Positions 29,593-39,542 of a DNA stretch of 64,000 bases are shown one piece after another. Both the position numbers and the translations under genes were made by a program. Source of the DNA: Planctomycetota bacterium (GTDB taxonomy: Bacteria > Planctomycetota > UBA1135 > UBA2386); assembly GCA_965223545.1 (NCBI GenBank), contig OZ245006.1:5024001-5088000 (forward strand), written 5' to 3'. Position 1 is the first letter of the stretch. Each line of letters begins with the position of its first letter. Below the pieces are notes generated by a model, which saw only the letters and a program-made list of their open reading frames with translations, was not told the DNA's origin and did no database searches.

Positions 29593-31347
29593 TCAGCGCG
29601 GCTGCACCGCGCGGCCGCCGTTGGCTTCGGCCAGCTTTCGCATCAGCTCGGCGGGGGGCATCCAGCCCGGCATGGCGGGTTGCAGGCCCTGGGGCATCGG
29701 CGCTGGCGCAGCGGTCGAGTCGAGGAACACGGTGTTGATGCGCACGCTGGAGACCGCATTGGTCTGCGTCACCGTCATCAAGATCTGCTCGGGGTCGACG
29801 ATCGATCCCGAGCTCGGCGCGCCGTCGGACAGCAAGAACAGCTCGTCCACGGACCGCGCGTAGCGGGCGCCGAGCGTCACCGAGCGGATGCCCAAGGCCC
29901 GGTCGAGGCCGCCCCAGAGGTTGGTCGAGGTGCGGGGCTTCTGGCGGTTGATGAAGCGCCGCGCTTCGGCCTTGTGCACGGGGTCGGCGCGGACCAGGTC
30001 CTCGCGCCAGGCGTGGACCTGCTCGGAGAACAGCACGATGTTGAAGGTGGCGTCCGGCGCCAGGGCGTCGAGCGCGGCGGAGAGCTCGCGCTTGGCTGCC
30101 TGCAACTTGGTGATGGGGCGGGCCCCGGCGGAGGTCGGGCCACGACCGGCGAACGGCTCTTCCATGCTGCCCGAGACGTCGATGACGAACACCACGGCGG
30201 TGCCGACCGGCACGATGCCGAAGAAGCCGCCGGCGACCGTGCGGCCGCCGCCGCCTCCCGGCGCGCGCTTCGGCGGAGCCATGCGGAACCCCTGCCCTCG
30301 CCGTTGCCAGAATGCGCGCCAGCCGGCGACGTCGGTGGCCGCGATCCGCGCGCCCGTCATGTTCTCGAGGGCGTCGTGGGCGGCGCTGCGCAGCAGTCCC
30401 GATCGCCCCGCCGCGGTCTCCGGGTCGTCGTCGAGGTGGCGTGCGAGCACGTCGATCAGCACCGGGATGGCGGCCGACGACCGAAACGCGCGCAAGAAGT
30501 CGACCAGGGCCAAGTCGCCGCGCCACGTCGCGCTGCCGACGGCGCCGACCACCGCGCGCACCCCGCGCCGGAGCAATCGCGTGTCGAGCGTGGCCTGGTG
30601 GGCCGAGAACACGTCGCGCAGCGCGCGCACGATCTCGATGCGTGCGGCCTCGTCGGTCTCCGCCTGCAAGGCGCCGATCAAGTCCGCCGCCGCGCGGCCT
30701 TCTCGCAGCCGGCGCAGGCCGGCGGCGGCTGCCATCCGCGCGGTCGGGTTGTCGGCGCGGAGTGCTCCGACCAACACGCGCTTGGCCGGCGCGTCACCGT
30801 AGATGCCGCAGGCCCGCAGCGCGGCCGCGCGCAGACCGTCGGCAGCCGAAAGCGCGTGCACGCGGCTCGACCTCGCCTCGGGCGAAGCCTCGCCGGCGGC
30901 GATGGCCAGCACCAGGGCGCGCGCCGACGCCGTGGTGAATCGAGGCAGGGTGCGTTCCGCCATGGTGCGGACCAGGGGGGCGGCGTGCCGCGGTGCCCAG
31001 CGCAAGTCGGTCAGCCCCGACGCCCCGATGCGCAGGACCCGCAGCATCGTCGCCGGCGAATCGGCGCGTGCCGCCGCATCCAACAGCAGCTGCAGCTCGG
31101 ACAGCGGGGTCAGGTCCCGCCCGCGCTCGCGCGGCACCAGACCGGCGCGGAGGGCGATGGTCGTCCCACCGCGCGAATACCAATCCCGCAGGTCGAGCTT
31201 GCCGGCGACGTACGCGGCCGTCCAGCGGTCGAGCGCTTCGAGCAGAACGCCCTCGTCGCGCGGCAGCGGCTGTGGCGGGGCGCGCCCGATCCCGGCGAGT
31301 GCCGGGGCGAGGACGGCCGATGTGAGGATGGCCAGGCGGCGGTGCAT
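29593..31347 (-). CDS. Secreted HEAT-repeat + vWA domain protein
   Basis: Signal-like N-terminus, HEAT-like helical repeats, MIDAS VFVIDVSGSM, TNL..GL, LLSDGAP. Confidence 0.85.
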   Translation of the reverse strand: MHRRLAILTSAVLAPALAGIGRAPPQPLPRDEGVLLEALDRWTAAYVAGKLDLRDWYSRGGTTIALRAGLVPRERGRDLTPLSELQLLLDAAARADSPATMLRVLRIGASGLTDLRWAPRHAAPLVRTMAERTLPRFTTASARALVLAIAAGEASPEARSSRVHALSAADGLRAAALRACGIYGDAPAKRVLVGALRADNPTARMAAAAGLRRLREGRAAADLIGALQAETDEAARIEIVRALRDVFSAHQATLDTRLLRRGVRAVVGAVGSATWRGDLALVDFLRAFRSSAAIPVLIDVLARHLDDDPETAAGRSGLLRSAAHDALENMTGARIAATDVAGWRAFWQRRGQGFRMAPPKRAPGGGGGRTVAGGFFGIVPVGTAVVFVIDVSGSMEEPFAGRGPTSAGARPITKLQAAKRELSAALDALAPDATFNIVLFSEQVHAWREDLVRADPVHKAEARRFINRQKPRTSTNLWGGLDRALGIRSVTLGARYARSVDELFLLSDGAPSSGSIVDPEQILMTVTQTNAVSSVRINTVFLDSTAAPAPMPQGLQPAMPGWMPPAELMRKLAEANGGRAVQPR

Positions 31348-31591
31348 GCGTCCGGGTCGGCCGAGCCTACCTCCTGGTCGCCTGCCGGTAACCCGGTGCG
31401 GCCAAGTCCCCGGTGGCGCCGGACTGGCGGTCCGAGCAGGTCGTTCGGGTGCGACCAATTGCCAAGAGGGCCGCTGTCGGCGGGTCCAAGGCCGCGCTTT
31501 TTGGATCGCAACGCGAATCCTGGCACCGGCGCTGCGTAGTCGCGGGCGCTTTTTCCGGCCGCCCGACCCCGAAACGTATCATTACCCAGGC

Positions 31592-33433
31592 ATGGCGCCT
31601 TCGCCCCCCAGCTCCGAACCACCCCGCTCCGACCCGGAATCCGCGTGGGAGGCGTTCTACCGCGACTATCGCAAGCCCGGCTTCGTCCCGGGCTATGAGA
31701 TCACGTCGAAGCTCGGCGGCGGCATGTTCGGCCTCGTGTTTCGGGCCCGCAAGCAGTCGATCGGCCGCGACTACGCGATCAAGTTCCTCAAGGTCGACGA
31801 CCCGGACGTGCGGCGGGCGATCCGTGCCGAGCTCGACTCGGTGCGCCACTTTGCCCAGGTCGACCACCCCAACTTGGTCTCGATCGAGGACCGGGGCGAG
31901 GTCGGGGGGCTGCCGTACATCGTCATGGCGTATGCCGGCGACCGCACGCTGCGCGACGCGATCGACGCCGGCGAGCCGGCCGAGCGCTGCCTGGCCTACG
32001 TGCTGCAGGCGTGTCGCGGCGTGCAGGCGCTGCACGACCACTCGCTGGTGCACTTCGACCTGAAGCCGGCGAACGTCTTCCTGCACGGCGACGTGGCGCG
32101 GGTCGGAGACTACGGCCTGTCGAAGCTGGTGGCGCAGTCGCGCAACACGATGTCGATGGGGCGCGGCACGCCGTACTACATGGCGCCGGAGATGCTGCAG
32201 GGGCGCGGCGATGCGCGCAGCGACATCTACTCGCTGGGCATCATGCTGTTCGAGTGCGCCGCCGGGACGCTGCCGTTTCGCGGTGATTCCGAATGGGAGG
32301 TGCTGCGCCAGCACGAGGAGGCGGAGCCCGAATTCCCACCGCAGGTCCCGCCGCAGCAGGCCGCCGTGCTGCGGCGCTGCTTGGCGAAGGACCCGAACCA
32401 GCGCTACCAGAGTGTCGATGCCCTGCTCGCGGCGTTTCTCGACGGCGTCGACCCGAACCGCTGTGAGGTGCCGCCGCCCGCGTCGGGGCCGGAGGATGCA
32501 GCGCCGGTCGACGACGGTGAGGCGTCCGATCACGCCAGAGAGCTGGCGGATTCGGCAAGGGTGTTGGCGCGCGAAGCGATGGTCGCGGCACGGGCGGTGA
32601 TGCACGGGGTGCGCGGGTCGGTGCCGAACGCGGCGCGTCTGAAGGAGGCGGCGCACGCATTCGGGGGCCGGGCGCGCGTCGCCGGTGAGAAGGTCGCCGC
32701 TTCGGCGGTGCGCACCGCCCGTCGCTGTGCGCGCCATCCACAGACACGGTTGGGCTTGAGCAAGCTGGCGAGCGGCGCGCCCTGGAAGGCTTGGTGCGAG
32801 GGGCGTGCCGAGCGGCGCGCGCGGCGTGCCGAGGCGCGTGTCGCCGCCCGAAGCCGCCGCCGCCGGCGCTTCGCGACGCTGGCATCGTTCGCGCTGGTGT
32901 TCGCGGTGTTCGTCTTCGTCGTCGATCAAAGGGACCGGTCGCGGAAGCAGAAGTTCGTGGGCGGTGCCCTGTCGGGTGCGCACGCGCGTGCCATCGCGTC
33001 GATCGCCGAGCTGCAGCTGGCTGGAATGGGCGAGCAGCAGCGCATCGATCCGAGCCAGGTGCGGCGGGCAGTGGCCGACGTGTCCGAGTGGGCGCGCACC
33101 GAGCCGCCGCCTGCGCTCGACAGCGTGCTGCGCAGCCACGGCGCCGCGGGAGTGGTCGCTGCGCAAGCGGCGCTCGAACAGCTCGACCCGGCGGCCGCCG
33201 GAGTGTTGGCGCGGGCCGAGCTCCTCGCGGCCTTCCTGCGCGAGCGGCTCGCGATCCAGACCTCGGATCACGATCCCCTGGCCGACGGTGGTCGGTCGAT
33301 CGCGGATCGCTTGGCCGACTCGGCGTGGGTTTGGCGGCAGGCGCTGCTCGAAAGTGCCGCCGATCCGACCGCGTTCTTGTGGATGCGCCAGCGGGCGTTG
33401 GCCCCGGCCGCCGTCGAGATCCGCAAACGCTGA
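31592..33433 (+). CDS. Membrane-anchored Hanks-type Ser/Thr protein kinase
   Basis: LGGGMFGLV, AIK, HFDLKPAN, DYG, GTPYYMAPE, DIYSLG; one TM in the C-terminal half. Confidence 0.93.
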   Translation: MAPSPPSSEPPRSDPESAWEAFYRDYRKPGFVPGYEITSKLGGGMFGLVFRARKQSIGRDYAIKFLKVDDPDVRRAIRAELDSVRHFAQVDHPNLVSIEDRGEVGGLPYIVMAYAGDRTLRDAIDAGEPAERCLAYVLQACRGVQALHDHSLVHFDLKPANVFLHGDVARVGDYGLSKLVAQSRNTMSMGRGTPYYMAPEMLQGRGDARSDIYSLGIMLFECAAGTLPFRGDSEWEVLRQHEEAEPEFPPQVPPQQAAVLRRCLAKDPNQRYQSVDALLAAFLDGVDPNRCEVPPPASGPEDAAPVDDGEASDHARELADSARVLAREAMVAARAVMHGVRGSVPNAARLKEAAHAFGGRARVAGEKVAASAVRTARRCARHPQTRLGLSKLASGAPWKAWCEGRAERRARRAEARVAARSRRRRRFATLASFALVFAVFVFVVDQRDRSRKQKFVGGALSGAHARAIASIAELQLAGMGEQQRIDPSQVRRAVADVSEWARTEPPPALDSVLRSHGAAGVVAAQAALEQLDPAAAGVLARAELLAAFLRERLAIQTSDHDPLADGGRSIADRLADSAWVWRQALLESAADPTAFLWMRQRALAPAAVEIRKR

Positions 33434-33460
33434 CCCTTGCGGCGCGCGTCGGTCGCGCCG

Positions 33461-34966
33461 ATGCCGGTGAATCGCTACTCTCCGGCTGTGCGGTTCTTGG
33501 CGGCGGTGTGGCTCTTGTTTGCCGTCGGCACCCCGGTGCCGACGATCGATGCGCAGGTCCCCGCGGTCGGCGAGCTCGTGGGCAGCGATGCGCTCGCACC
33601 ACGCGAGTTTCGCGCCGCGTGGGTGGCGAGCGTCGCCAACATCGATTGGCCCAGCCGCCCCGGTCTGTCCACCGAGCAGCAGCGCGACGAGCTGATGGCC
33701 GTGCTCGACCGCGCCGAGGCACTGCGCCTCAACGCCATCGTGCTGCAGGTGCGGCCGATGTGCGACGCGCTCTACGACTCACCGCTGGAGCCGTGGTCGG
33801 GATGGCTGACGGGGGTGGAGGGACAGCCGCCGGATCCGTTCTGGGACCCACTGGCGACCGCGGTCGAGGAAGCGCACGCGCGCGGTCTGCAGCTGCACGC
33901 ATGGCTCAACCCGTACCGGGCGCGCCACAGCCAGGCCAAGTGGGCGCCGAGCGCGAAGCATGTGCAGCGCGCGCAGTCGCGGGCGGTCGTGCGCTACGGC
34001 AAGCAGCAGTGGATGGACCCGGGCGAGCCGGCGGCGCAGCGCCAGACCGTGGCGGTGGTGCGCGACCTGGTGCGGCGCTACGACATCGACGGCATCCACA
34101 TCGACGACTACTTCTACCCCTACCCCGAGAAGGGCGTCGACTTCCCGGACGACCGCACGTGGCAGCTGTACCGCAGTGAAGGGGGTGGCCTGAGTCGGAG
34201 CGATTGGCGCCGGCGCAACGTCGACCGGCTGGTCGAGCGGATCTACCGCACGATCAAAGAGCTCAAGCCCTGGGTGCTGTTCGGCATCAGCCCGTTCGGC
34301 ATCGCGCGGCCGGGCGTGCCGGCGGGCATCTCCGCCGGCATCGATCAGTACGAGGCGCTGTACGCCGACGTCGGCCGCTGGTTGGACGAGGGGTGGTGCG
34401 ACTACCTGGCGCCACAGCTGTACTGGCCGATTGCGCAGAAAGCGCAGAGCTACCCGGTGTTGCTGCGCTACTGGGCGGAGCACAACCCGCGCGGCCGGCA
34501 TGTCTGGCCCGGCAGCTACACCAGCAAGACCATCACCGCGGGTTGGCCGGTGGACGAGATCGCCGACCAGATCGGCTGGACCCGTCGCGTGCCCGGAGTG
34601 AGCGGGCACGTTCACTTCAGCTTCAAGGCGTTGCGCGGCGACGTCGGCGCAGCGCTGCGCCGCCAGGTCTACGGTGAGCGCGCGTTGGTCCCGGCCGCCG
34701 ATTGGCTCGGCCGTGATCGGCCGCCGGTGCCGTCGGCGCGCGCGGTCACCGACGGTCCCGACCTTGTGATCACCCTGTCGCCGCCGGCGGGGGCGCGTTG
34801 GAGTTGTGTGTACGAACGCCGGCGCGGCCGCTGGCTGCTGGCCGCGCAGCTGCCGGTCAACCACACGCGGGCCAGTGTGCTGCGCGACGGCCTCGAGGCG
34901 GTGGCGGTGAGCGCGCTGGACGCCTTTGGCCAGCAGAGCGACGCGCGGGTCGTCTGGCGGCGCTGA
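33461..34966 (+). CDS. Glycoside hydrolase-like family 10 (DUF187/YddW-like) protein
   Basis: REFRAAWVASVANIDWP, HAWLNPYR, YDIDGIHIDDYFYPY, DYLAPQLYW. Confidence 0.92.
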   Translation: MPVNRYSPAVRFLAAVWLLFAVGTPVPTIDAQVPAVGELVGSDALAPREFRAAWVASVANIDWPSRPGLSTEQQRDELMAVLDRAEALRLNAIVLQVRPMCDALYDSPLEPWSGWLTGVEGQPPDPFWDPLATAVEEAHARGLQLHAWLNPYRARHSQAKWAPSAKHVQRAQSRAVVRYGKQQWMDPGEPAAQRQTVAVVRDLVRRYDIDGIHIDDYFYPYPEKGVDFPDDRTWQLYRSEGGGLSRSDWRRRNVDRLVERIYRTIKELKPWVLFGISPFGIARPGVPAGISAGIDQYEALYADVGRWLDEGWCDYLAPQLYWPIAQKAQSYPVLLRYWAEHNPRGRHVWPGSYTSKTITAGWPVDEIADQIGWTRRVPGVSGHVHFSFKALRGDVGAALRRQVYGERALVPAADWLGRDRPPVPSARAVTDGPDLVITLSPPAGARWSCVYERRRGRWLLAAQLPVNHTRASVLRDGLEAVAVSALDAFGQQSDARVVWRR

Positions 34967-34973
34967 CCAAAGC

Positions 34974-35441
34974 CTACGCGTCGTCCTCGGGATCGTCGTC
35001 GATGCGCTCGCCGAGCAGCTGGAACCGAACCCAGGCCTCGCCGCGCTCGGTGAGCCGCCAGCGTCGGTTGTCCACCGCGAACAGCTTCTTGCGCGCCTTC
35101 TGGTTCAAGGTGTCGGTGATGTTGGCCGGCGCCGACTCGCCCGCCTGCTCGAGGATCTCGACGATGTCGCCGCTGCGCCACCGCGACCAGCCCTTGTACT
35201 CCTGCAGCCAGAGGGCGACGACCCCGGCCTTCTCGCCGTAGGTCCGTGCCGAGGAGCGCTCGAGCAGCGACTTCGCGGTCGGTACCGGCTTCTCGGGCTC
35301 GAACTCCTGCAGCAGGTCGCCCCACTGCGCGCGCACCGCGCCCAGCAGTGCCTCGAGCTGGCCGCGGTCGAAGCCAGTCGGGACCGAGACCTCCACCTGA
35401 TTCTTGTGGAAGCGGATCGTGGCGCCTGACGGGTCGGCCAT
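34974..35441 (-). CDS. Hypothetical protein with possible C-terminal winged helix
   Basis: Coding-like ORF ending in WRLTERGEAWV, a wing-like motif. Confidence 0.65.
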   Translation of the reverse strand: MADPSGATIRFHKNQVEVSVPTGFDRGQLEALLGAVRAQWGDLLQEFEPEKPVPTAKSLLERSSARTYGEKAGVVALWLQEYKGWSRWRSGDIVEILEQAGESAPANITDTLNQKARKKLFAVDNRRWRLTERGEAWVRFQLLGERIDDDPEDDA

Positions 35442-36161
35442 GACAGATCCATCGGCAGAAGAGAAGCGCGACCTGAGCCCAGAATAGGTTTTCTCGTCTG
35501 GGCTCGTGGTCGGCGGAGCCCTTGCCGCGACGCGGGGTGGTCATCGCGCCGAGCAAGCGGGTCCACAGGGCGAGCAGGTGGACCTGGCTCAGATCGACGG
35601 CGAAGCCGCTGTCGGCCAGGGTGGGGGCCACGTGGGCACCGATCAACGCGATCAGCGGCCCGAGCGGCAGGCGGCGTTCGGCTTGGGGGTGAGTCTCCAT
35701 GGTCTCTCTCGTGTCGTTCCCCGCGGGGTTGCGCGGATACGAGATGCTTCGAGAACCCGGAGGGTCGACCTGAAGAGGTCTTGCTAGAAATCGTCGGCGG
35801 AAGCTCTTCCCGCCTAGTTTCTTCCGCGGGGTGTGGTCTCCGCGGCGCCGAACGCGGACAGCTCCTCGACATCGGCCGTCACGAACAACGGACCATCCCG
35901 CGGCCGACGTCGATCGGCGCGATCCCCGTCCGCCCGGGTCTCGGTTGTAGTGCCGGCGCGTCGCTCCGGTCGCGCCGTTCCCCCAGTGCCCTCGGTGTGG
36001 GTTCACCATCACGGTTACTGGCCCGTTGGGAATCTCTCAAGAAAGGGGGACGGGCGAGCACCCTTGGCGGAATGAACTTCGCTGGCCAGCCGAACTCCTT
36101 TGTCACCACAACCAGATCAACGACAGAAGCGCCATGAAGCGAACCCTCCTTGCACGGCGCT

Positions 36162-37406
36162 TCAGGAATCTGTGTGGGTAGCTGAAGCTGGATAGAGGTC
36201 GAGGCCGCCGAGATGGAAGAGGATGGCGTTGCGAAAGCGGTGGCGGTTGCGGAAGCCGCAGGCCATCTTCTTGACACGCTGAATCTTGGCATTGATCGAC
36301 TCGCTGAGGGCGTTGGACACGCCCTGGGTCACGGCGTTGACGATGCCCCAGAGATGATCGCGGATCATCCGGGCCGCTTGCTTCATCGGTTCGATGCGAC
36401 TGCGCATGGCCCAGCCGATCCACTTCTTCCAGGCTCTGCGTGCGTTGCCGGGCCTGAGGTATGTCCAGAGCTTGGTGGCGGCCTCCTTGATGGCCCAAGC
36501 CTTGGCGGTCTTCAGGCCAGCCTGGCGCAGGATGTCGACGATCTCCTCCTGATGGTCGTCGAGCGAGTCGCCGCGTCGCAGCAGGAGGTGCTTGGTTCGC
36601 GTGAGGGTCATGTCGCCCATTGCCGACAGAGCCTTGTGCTCGTCGCACCGGACCTTGTTCAAGGCATCGCCGAGAGCCTTGGAGACATGGAAACGATCGA
36701 AGGCGATCTTGCGATCGGCGTCGGGGACGTGATCCCTGGTCGACGCGATGTAGGACTTGCTCATGTCCATCGCGACGATCTCGAGGCCGGCCAGCCGCTC
36801 TGCGCCTTCCGCCTTGTAGAAGCCGTCCAGGGACGACTTTCGGCGGTGGTCCGCGACATAGATGACATCGGAGGTCGTGAGATCCGTGACGACCGTGACG
36901 TACTCGTGCCGCTTCTGGAACGAGGTCTCGTCGACGGCAATGGCGATGAGGTCGCGCTTCTCGCGCCGTGCGAGGCCACGGTCGACCGCCCGTTTCATCA
37001 CGCCATCGACTTCGTCCCAGGTCAGATCGAGCCGTCGAGCGACCGCCGAGATCGTGGCCTCCTTCAGCCAGTCGATGATCAGAGCCTCGTAGAGCGCCGT
37101 GAAGGGAGAGCCAGGAGCTGCCCACGGAACGTCGATCTGTCGGACGCCGTGTTCCGCGCATTCCACCCGCGGCACCTCCGCTTCGAGGATGGTCTGGTAC
37201 TGACAGGTGTCGAGGTGGCGCCAGCGGCGATGCCGCGTGTCATACCCCGGGCAGTCCTTGCCGCATTCCGGGCAGATCAGCACAGACCGATTGCCTGCCT
37301 CGACCTTCACCGCGACCAGCTCGAGCTTCGGGTCCAAGTCGACGTCGGTCACCTTCCACGGTGCCTTCAGCCCAAGAATCGTGGCGTAGAGATCACGGTC
37401 GCGCAT
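36162..37406 (-). CDS. ISL3 family transposase
   Basis: CPECG zinc finger, WRHLD, AVDETS, AMDMS, FDRFH, SESINAKIQ, GFRN. Confidence 0.96.
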   Translation of the reverse strand: MRDRDLYATILGLKAPWKVTDVDLDPKLELVAVKVEAGNRSVLICPECGKDCPGYDTRHRRWRHLDTCQYQTILEAEVPRVECAEHGVRQIDVPWAAPGSPFTALYEALIIDWLKEATISAVARRLDLTWDEVDGVMKRAVDRGLARREKRDLIAIAVDETSFQKRHEYVTVVTDLTTSDVIYVADHRRKSSLDGFYKAEGAERLAGLEIVAMDMSKSYIASTRDHVPDADRKIAFDRFHVSKALGDALNKVRCDEHKALSAMGDMTLTRTKHLLLRRGDSLDDHQEEIVDILRQAGLKTAKAWAIKEAATKLWTYLRPGNARRAWKKWIGWAMRSRIEPMKQAARMIRDHLWGIVNAVTQGVSNALSESINAKIQRVKKMACGFRNRHRFRNAILFHLGGLDLYPASATHTDS

Positions 37407-37509
37407 CCGTGCAATCTACCGGCGCACGCCACCAGCATCGCTCCTCGCTCACCCGCAGCTCCGTCACCCTCGGCGTCGGTCGCACCCTCCAAGGCCGGCG
37501 CCGAGGGTG

Positions 37510-39542
37510 TTGCGCCTGGCATGGGCGCAGAGTTGAAGATGAAAGTTCTTTATGGATCCGTACTGGAGGAAACCATGAGTCGAAGGCAGCTGCACGAGGC
37601 AGAAAGGGGAGCCGTGTGCCGTCCGAGAGGGCGGTGCGCGGTGTTGATCCGGGATGCCAGAACAGGACGGACACCGTGCCGTGCTGTTCCCGCGAGGTCG
37701 TGTGGGATGGAAGCCCTAGACGCAGCGCAGCACCGAGCGAAAGCGAAGTTCCGTAAGGCTCTCGAGGTCTGGGTCAGCGTGCCATCCAACGTGACGCCCG
37801 ATATCCAGTCGCGACCTCGGAGTACTGGAACCGGCGGCGGCGCGAAACTCTGCGTTCTTACCCAGGGAGATCTCTGTGTGTCCGCTTCGAGCGGTAGGTG
37901 GGGAGGAGGCAACGACGACCCACCAAGGCATGCAGCGAAGTCGGATCACCCCGTAGTAGTGATGAAGCCGGGTAATGCCGGTGGAGCGAAGGGGGTGACA
38001 GGATGAGAAAGCCGAAACCACGGCAACTGCAGTTCGCTTTCGCCGAGAGCCCGCAAGGGGACGGCGTGGCCGGAAGGGCAGACGAATCTGCCACGAAGTC
38101 CACGTCGGTGCCTACGACGGATTGCAGCCATCGATCGGAATCGGCTCCACCGCCAGCGGACGGCTACTGCCATCTGCTGGAGCTGGTCGCGGAGCAGGGC
38201 AACCTGCGAAGCGCACTGGCACATGTCGTAAGCAAGAAGGGCGCCCCGGGCGTCGACGGACAGACGGTGTCAGAGGTCAAGCGTCATGCGAAACACCTGC
38301 TCCCGAAACTCCGCGATGCTCTGCTCATGGAGACCTACGCGCCCGGCGATATTCGTCGGGTGTGGATCCCGAAGCCCAGTGGTGGGCAGCGGGGTCTCGG
38401 GATTCCAACCGTGATCGACCGCTGGGTCCAACAGGCCGTGCGCCAGATTCTGGAGCCGATCTACGACCCGACGTTCCACGACAGCAGCCACGGCTTCCGG
38501 CCGAGGCGGGGAGCCCACACAGCGATCGCCGAAGCAGCGGGTTACGTGAAGCAGGGTCGGCGGTACACGGTGGACATCGATTTGGAGAAGTTCTTCGACC
38601 GTGTCCATCACCAACGCCTCCTGGACCGGCTGGCTCAGAAGGTGAAGGACCGTCGGGTGCTGCGGATCATCCGCCTGATGCTGAAAGCGAACGTGGTTCT
38701 TCCAGATGGCACCCGCGTCATCACGGAAGAAGGAACGCCCCAGGGCGGCCCGCTATCACCTCTGCTGTCCAACATCGTCCTGGACGAACTGGACTGGGAG
38801 TTGGAACGACGCGGGTTGCGTTTTGTGCGCTACGCCGACGACTGCAATATCTACGTCGGTAGCGAGCGCTCAGGACACCGGGTCATGGCTTCGATTCGCA
38901 GGTTCATCGAACGTCGCGTGCGACTGAAAGTGAACGAAGCGAAGAGTTCCGTCGACCTGGCCCATCGCCGGCACTTCCTCGGGTTTCGCGTAGGCGCAAC
39001 TCGAAAGGGCTGGCTGACGGTGCAGTTGTCCCGTCGCACTCTGGATCGCATCGACGCCCGAATCCGTGAGCTTACGCCGCGGTCCTGGGGTGGTCGGCTG
39101 TCCTGGTGCATCGAACGACTGAACCGTTACCTCCGTGGTTGGATCGGCTACTTCAAGCTGATCACGAAGGCCGCGTGGCGGACCTTGCGGAATCTCGATG
39201 GCCATATTCGACGACGCCTGCGGGCGATCATCATTCGGCAGAAGAAGAGACCGCGATACCTCTTCCGAGACCTTGTCGCCCGTGGGTGCAGCTGGCAGTC
39301 GGCTGCACGCACCGCGTTTGGCCGGCGTGGCACGTGGTGGCAGAGCAACTCGGGAGCGATCAAACGCGCTTATCCCAATCAGTGGTTTGCTGAGCGGCTG
39401 GTGTCGCTTTCCAAGCTCTGGGACGAGCGCCGCTACGACTGGCGGCCCCTTTGGGGGATACCGTCCTGAAGAGCCGGATGTGTGACCCACAAGTCCGGTT
39501 CTGTGAGAGCTGCGGGGGGGCAACCCCCCGCGGCTACTCGGC
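37510..39542 (+). mobile_element. Group II intron (class C-like 5' end, no endonuclease domain)
   Basis: 5' end ttgcgcctggcatgggcgcag follows a hairpin; domain V gagccggatgtg...cacaagtccggttc and domain VI gctgcggggggcaaccccccgcggctactc follow the RT ORF. Ends are +/- 2 nt. Confidence 0.85.
38003..39469 (+). CDS. ltrA: Group II intron reverse transcriptase/maturase
   Basis: GAPGVDG, RGLGIPT, SHGFRP, DIDLEKFFD, GTPQGGPLSPLL, RYADD, FLGF, maturase RGWIGYF. Confidence 0.96.
   Translation: MRKPKPRQLQFAFAESPQGDGVAGRADESATKSTSVPTTDCSHRSESAPPPADGYCHLLELVAEQGNLRSALAHVVSKKGAPGVDGQTVSEVKRHAKHLLPKLRDALLMETYAPGDIRRVWIPKPSGGQRGLGIPTVIDRWVQQAVRQILEPIYDPTFHDSSHGFRPRRGAHTAIAEAAGYVKQGRRYTVDIDLEKFFDRVHHQRLLDRLAQKVKDRRVLRIIRLMLKANVVLPDGTRVITEEGTPQGGPLSPLLSNIVLDELDWELERRGLRFVRYADDCNIYVGSERSGHRVMASIRRFIERRVRLKVNEAKSSVDLAHRRHFLGFRVGATRKGWLTVQLSRRTLDRIDARIRELTPRSWGGRLSWCIERLNRYLRGWIGYFKLITKAAWRTLRNLDGHIRRRLRAIIIRQKKRPRYLFRDLVARGCSWQSAARTAFGRRGTWWQSNSGAIKRAYPNQWFAERLVSLSKLWDERRYDWRPLWGIPS

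Noticed and set aside
34669..36012. 447-aa minus-strand ORF (including METHPQAERR...)
   Set aside because: It overlaps two better-supported genes and is Arg/Gly-rich off-frame sequence; a short gene near 35440-35700 cannot be supported.
38003..39469. RT as a retron, DGR or defence RT
   Set aside because: It has a maturase domain and flanking domain V/VI RNA structure; no template/variable repeat pair was seen.
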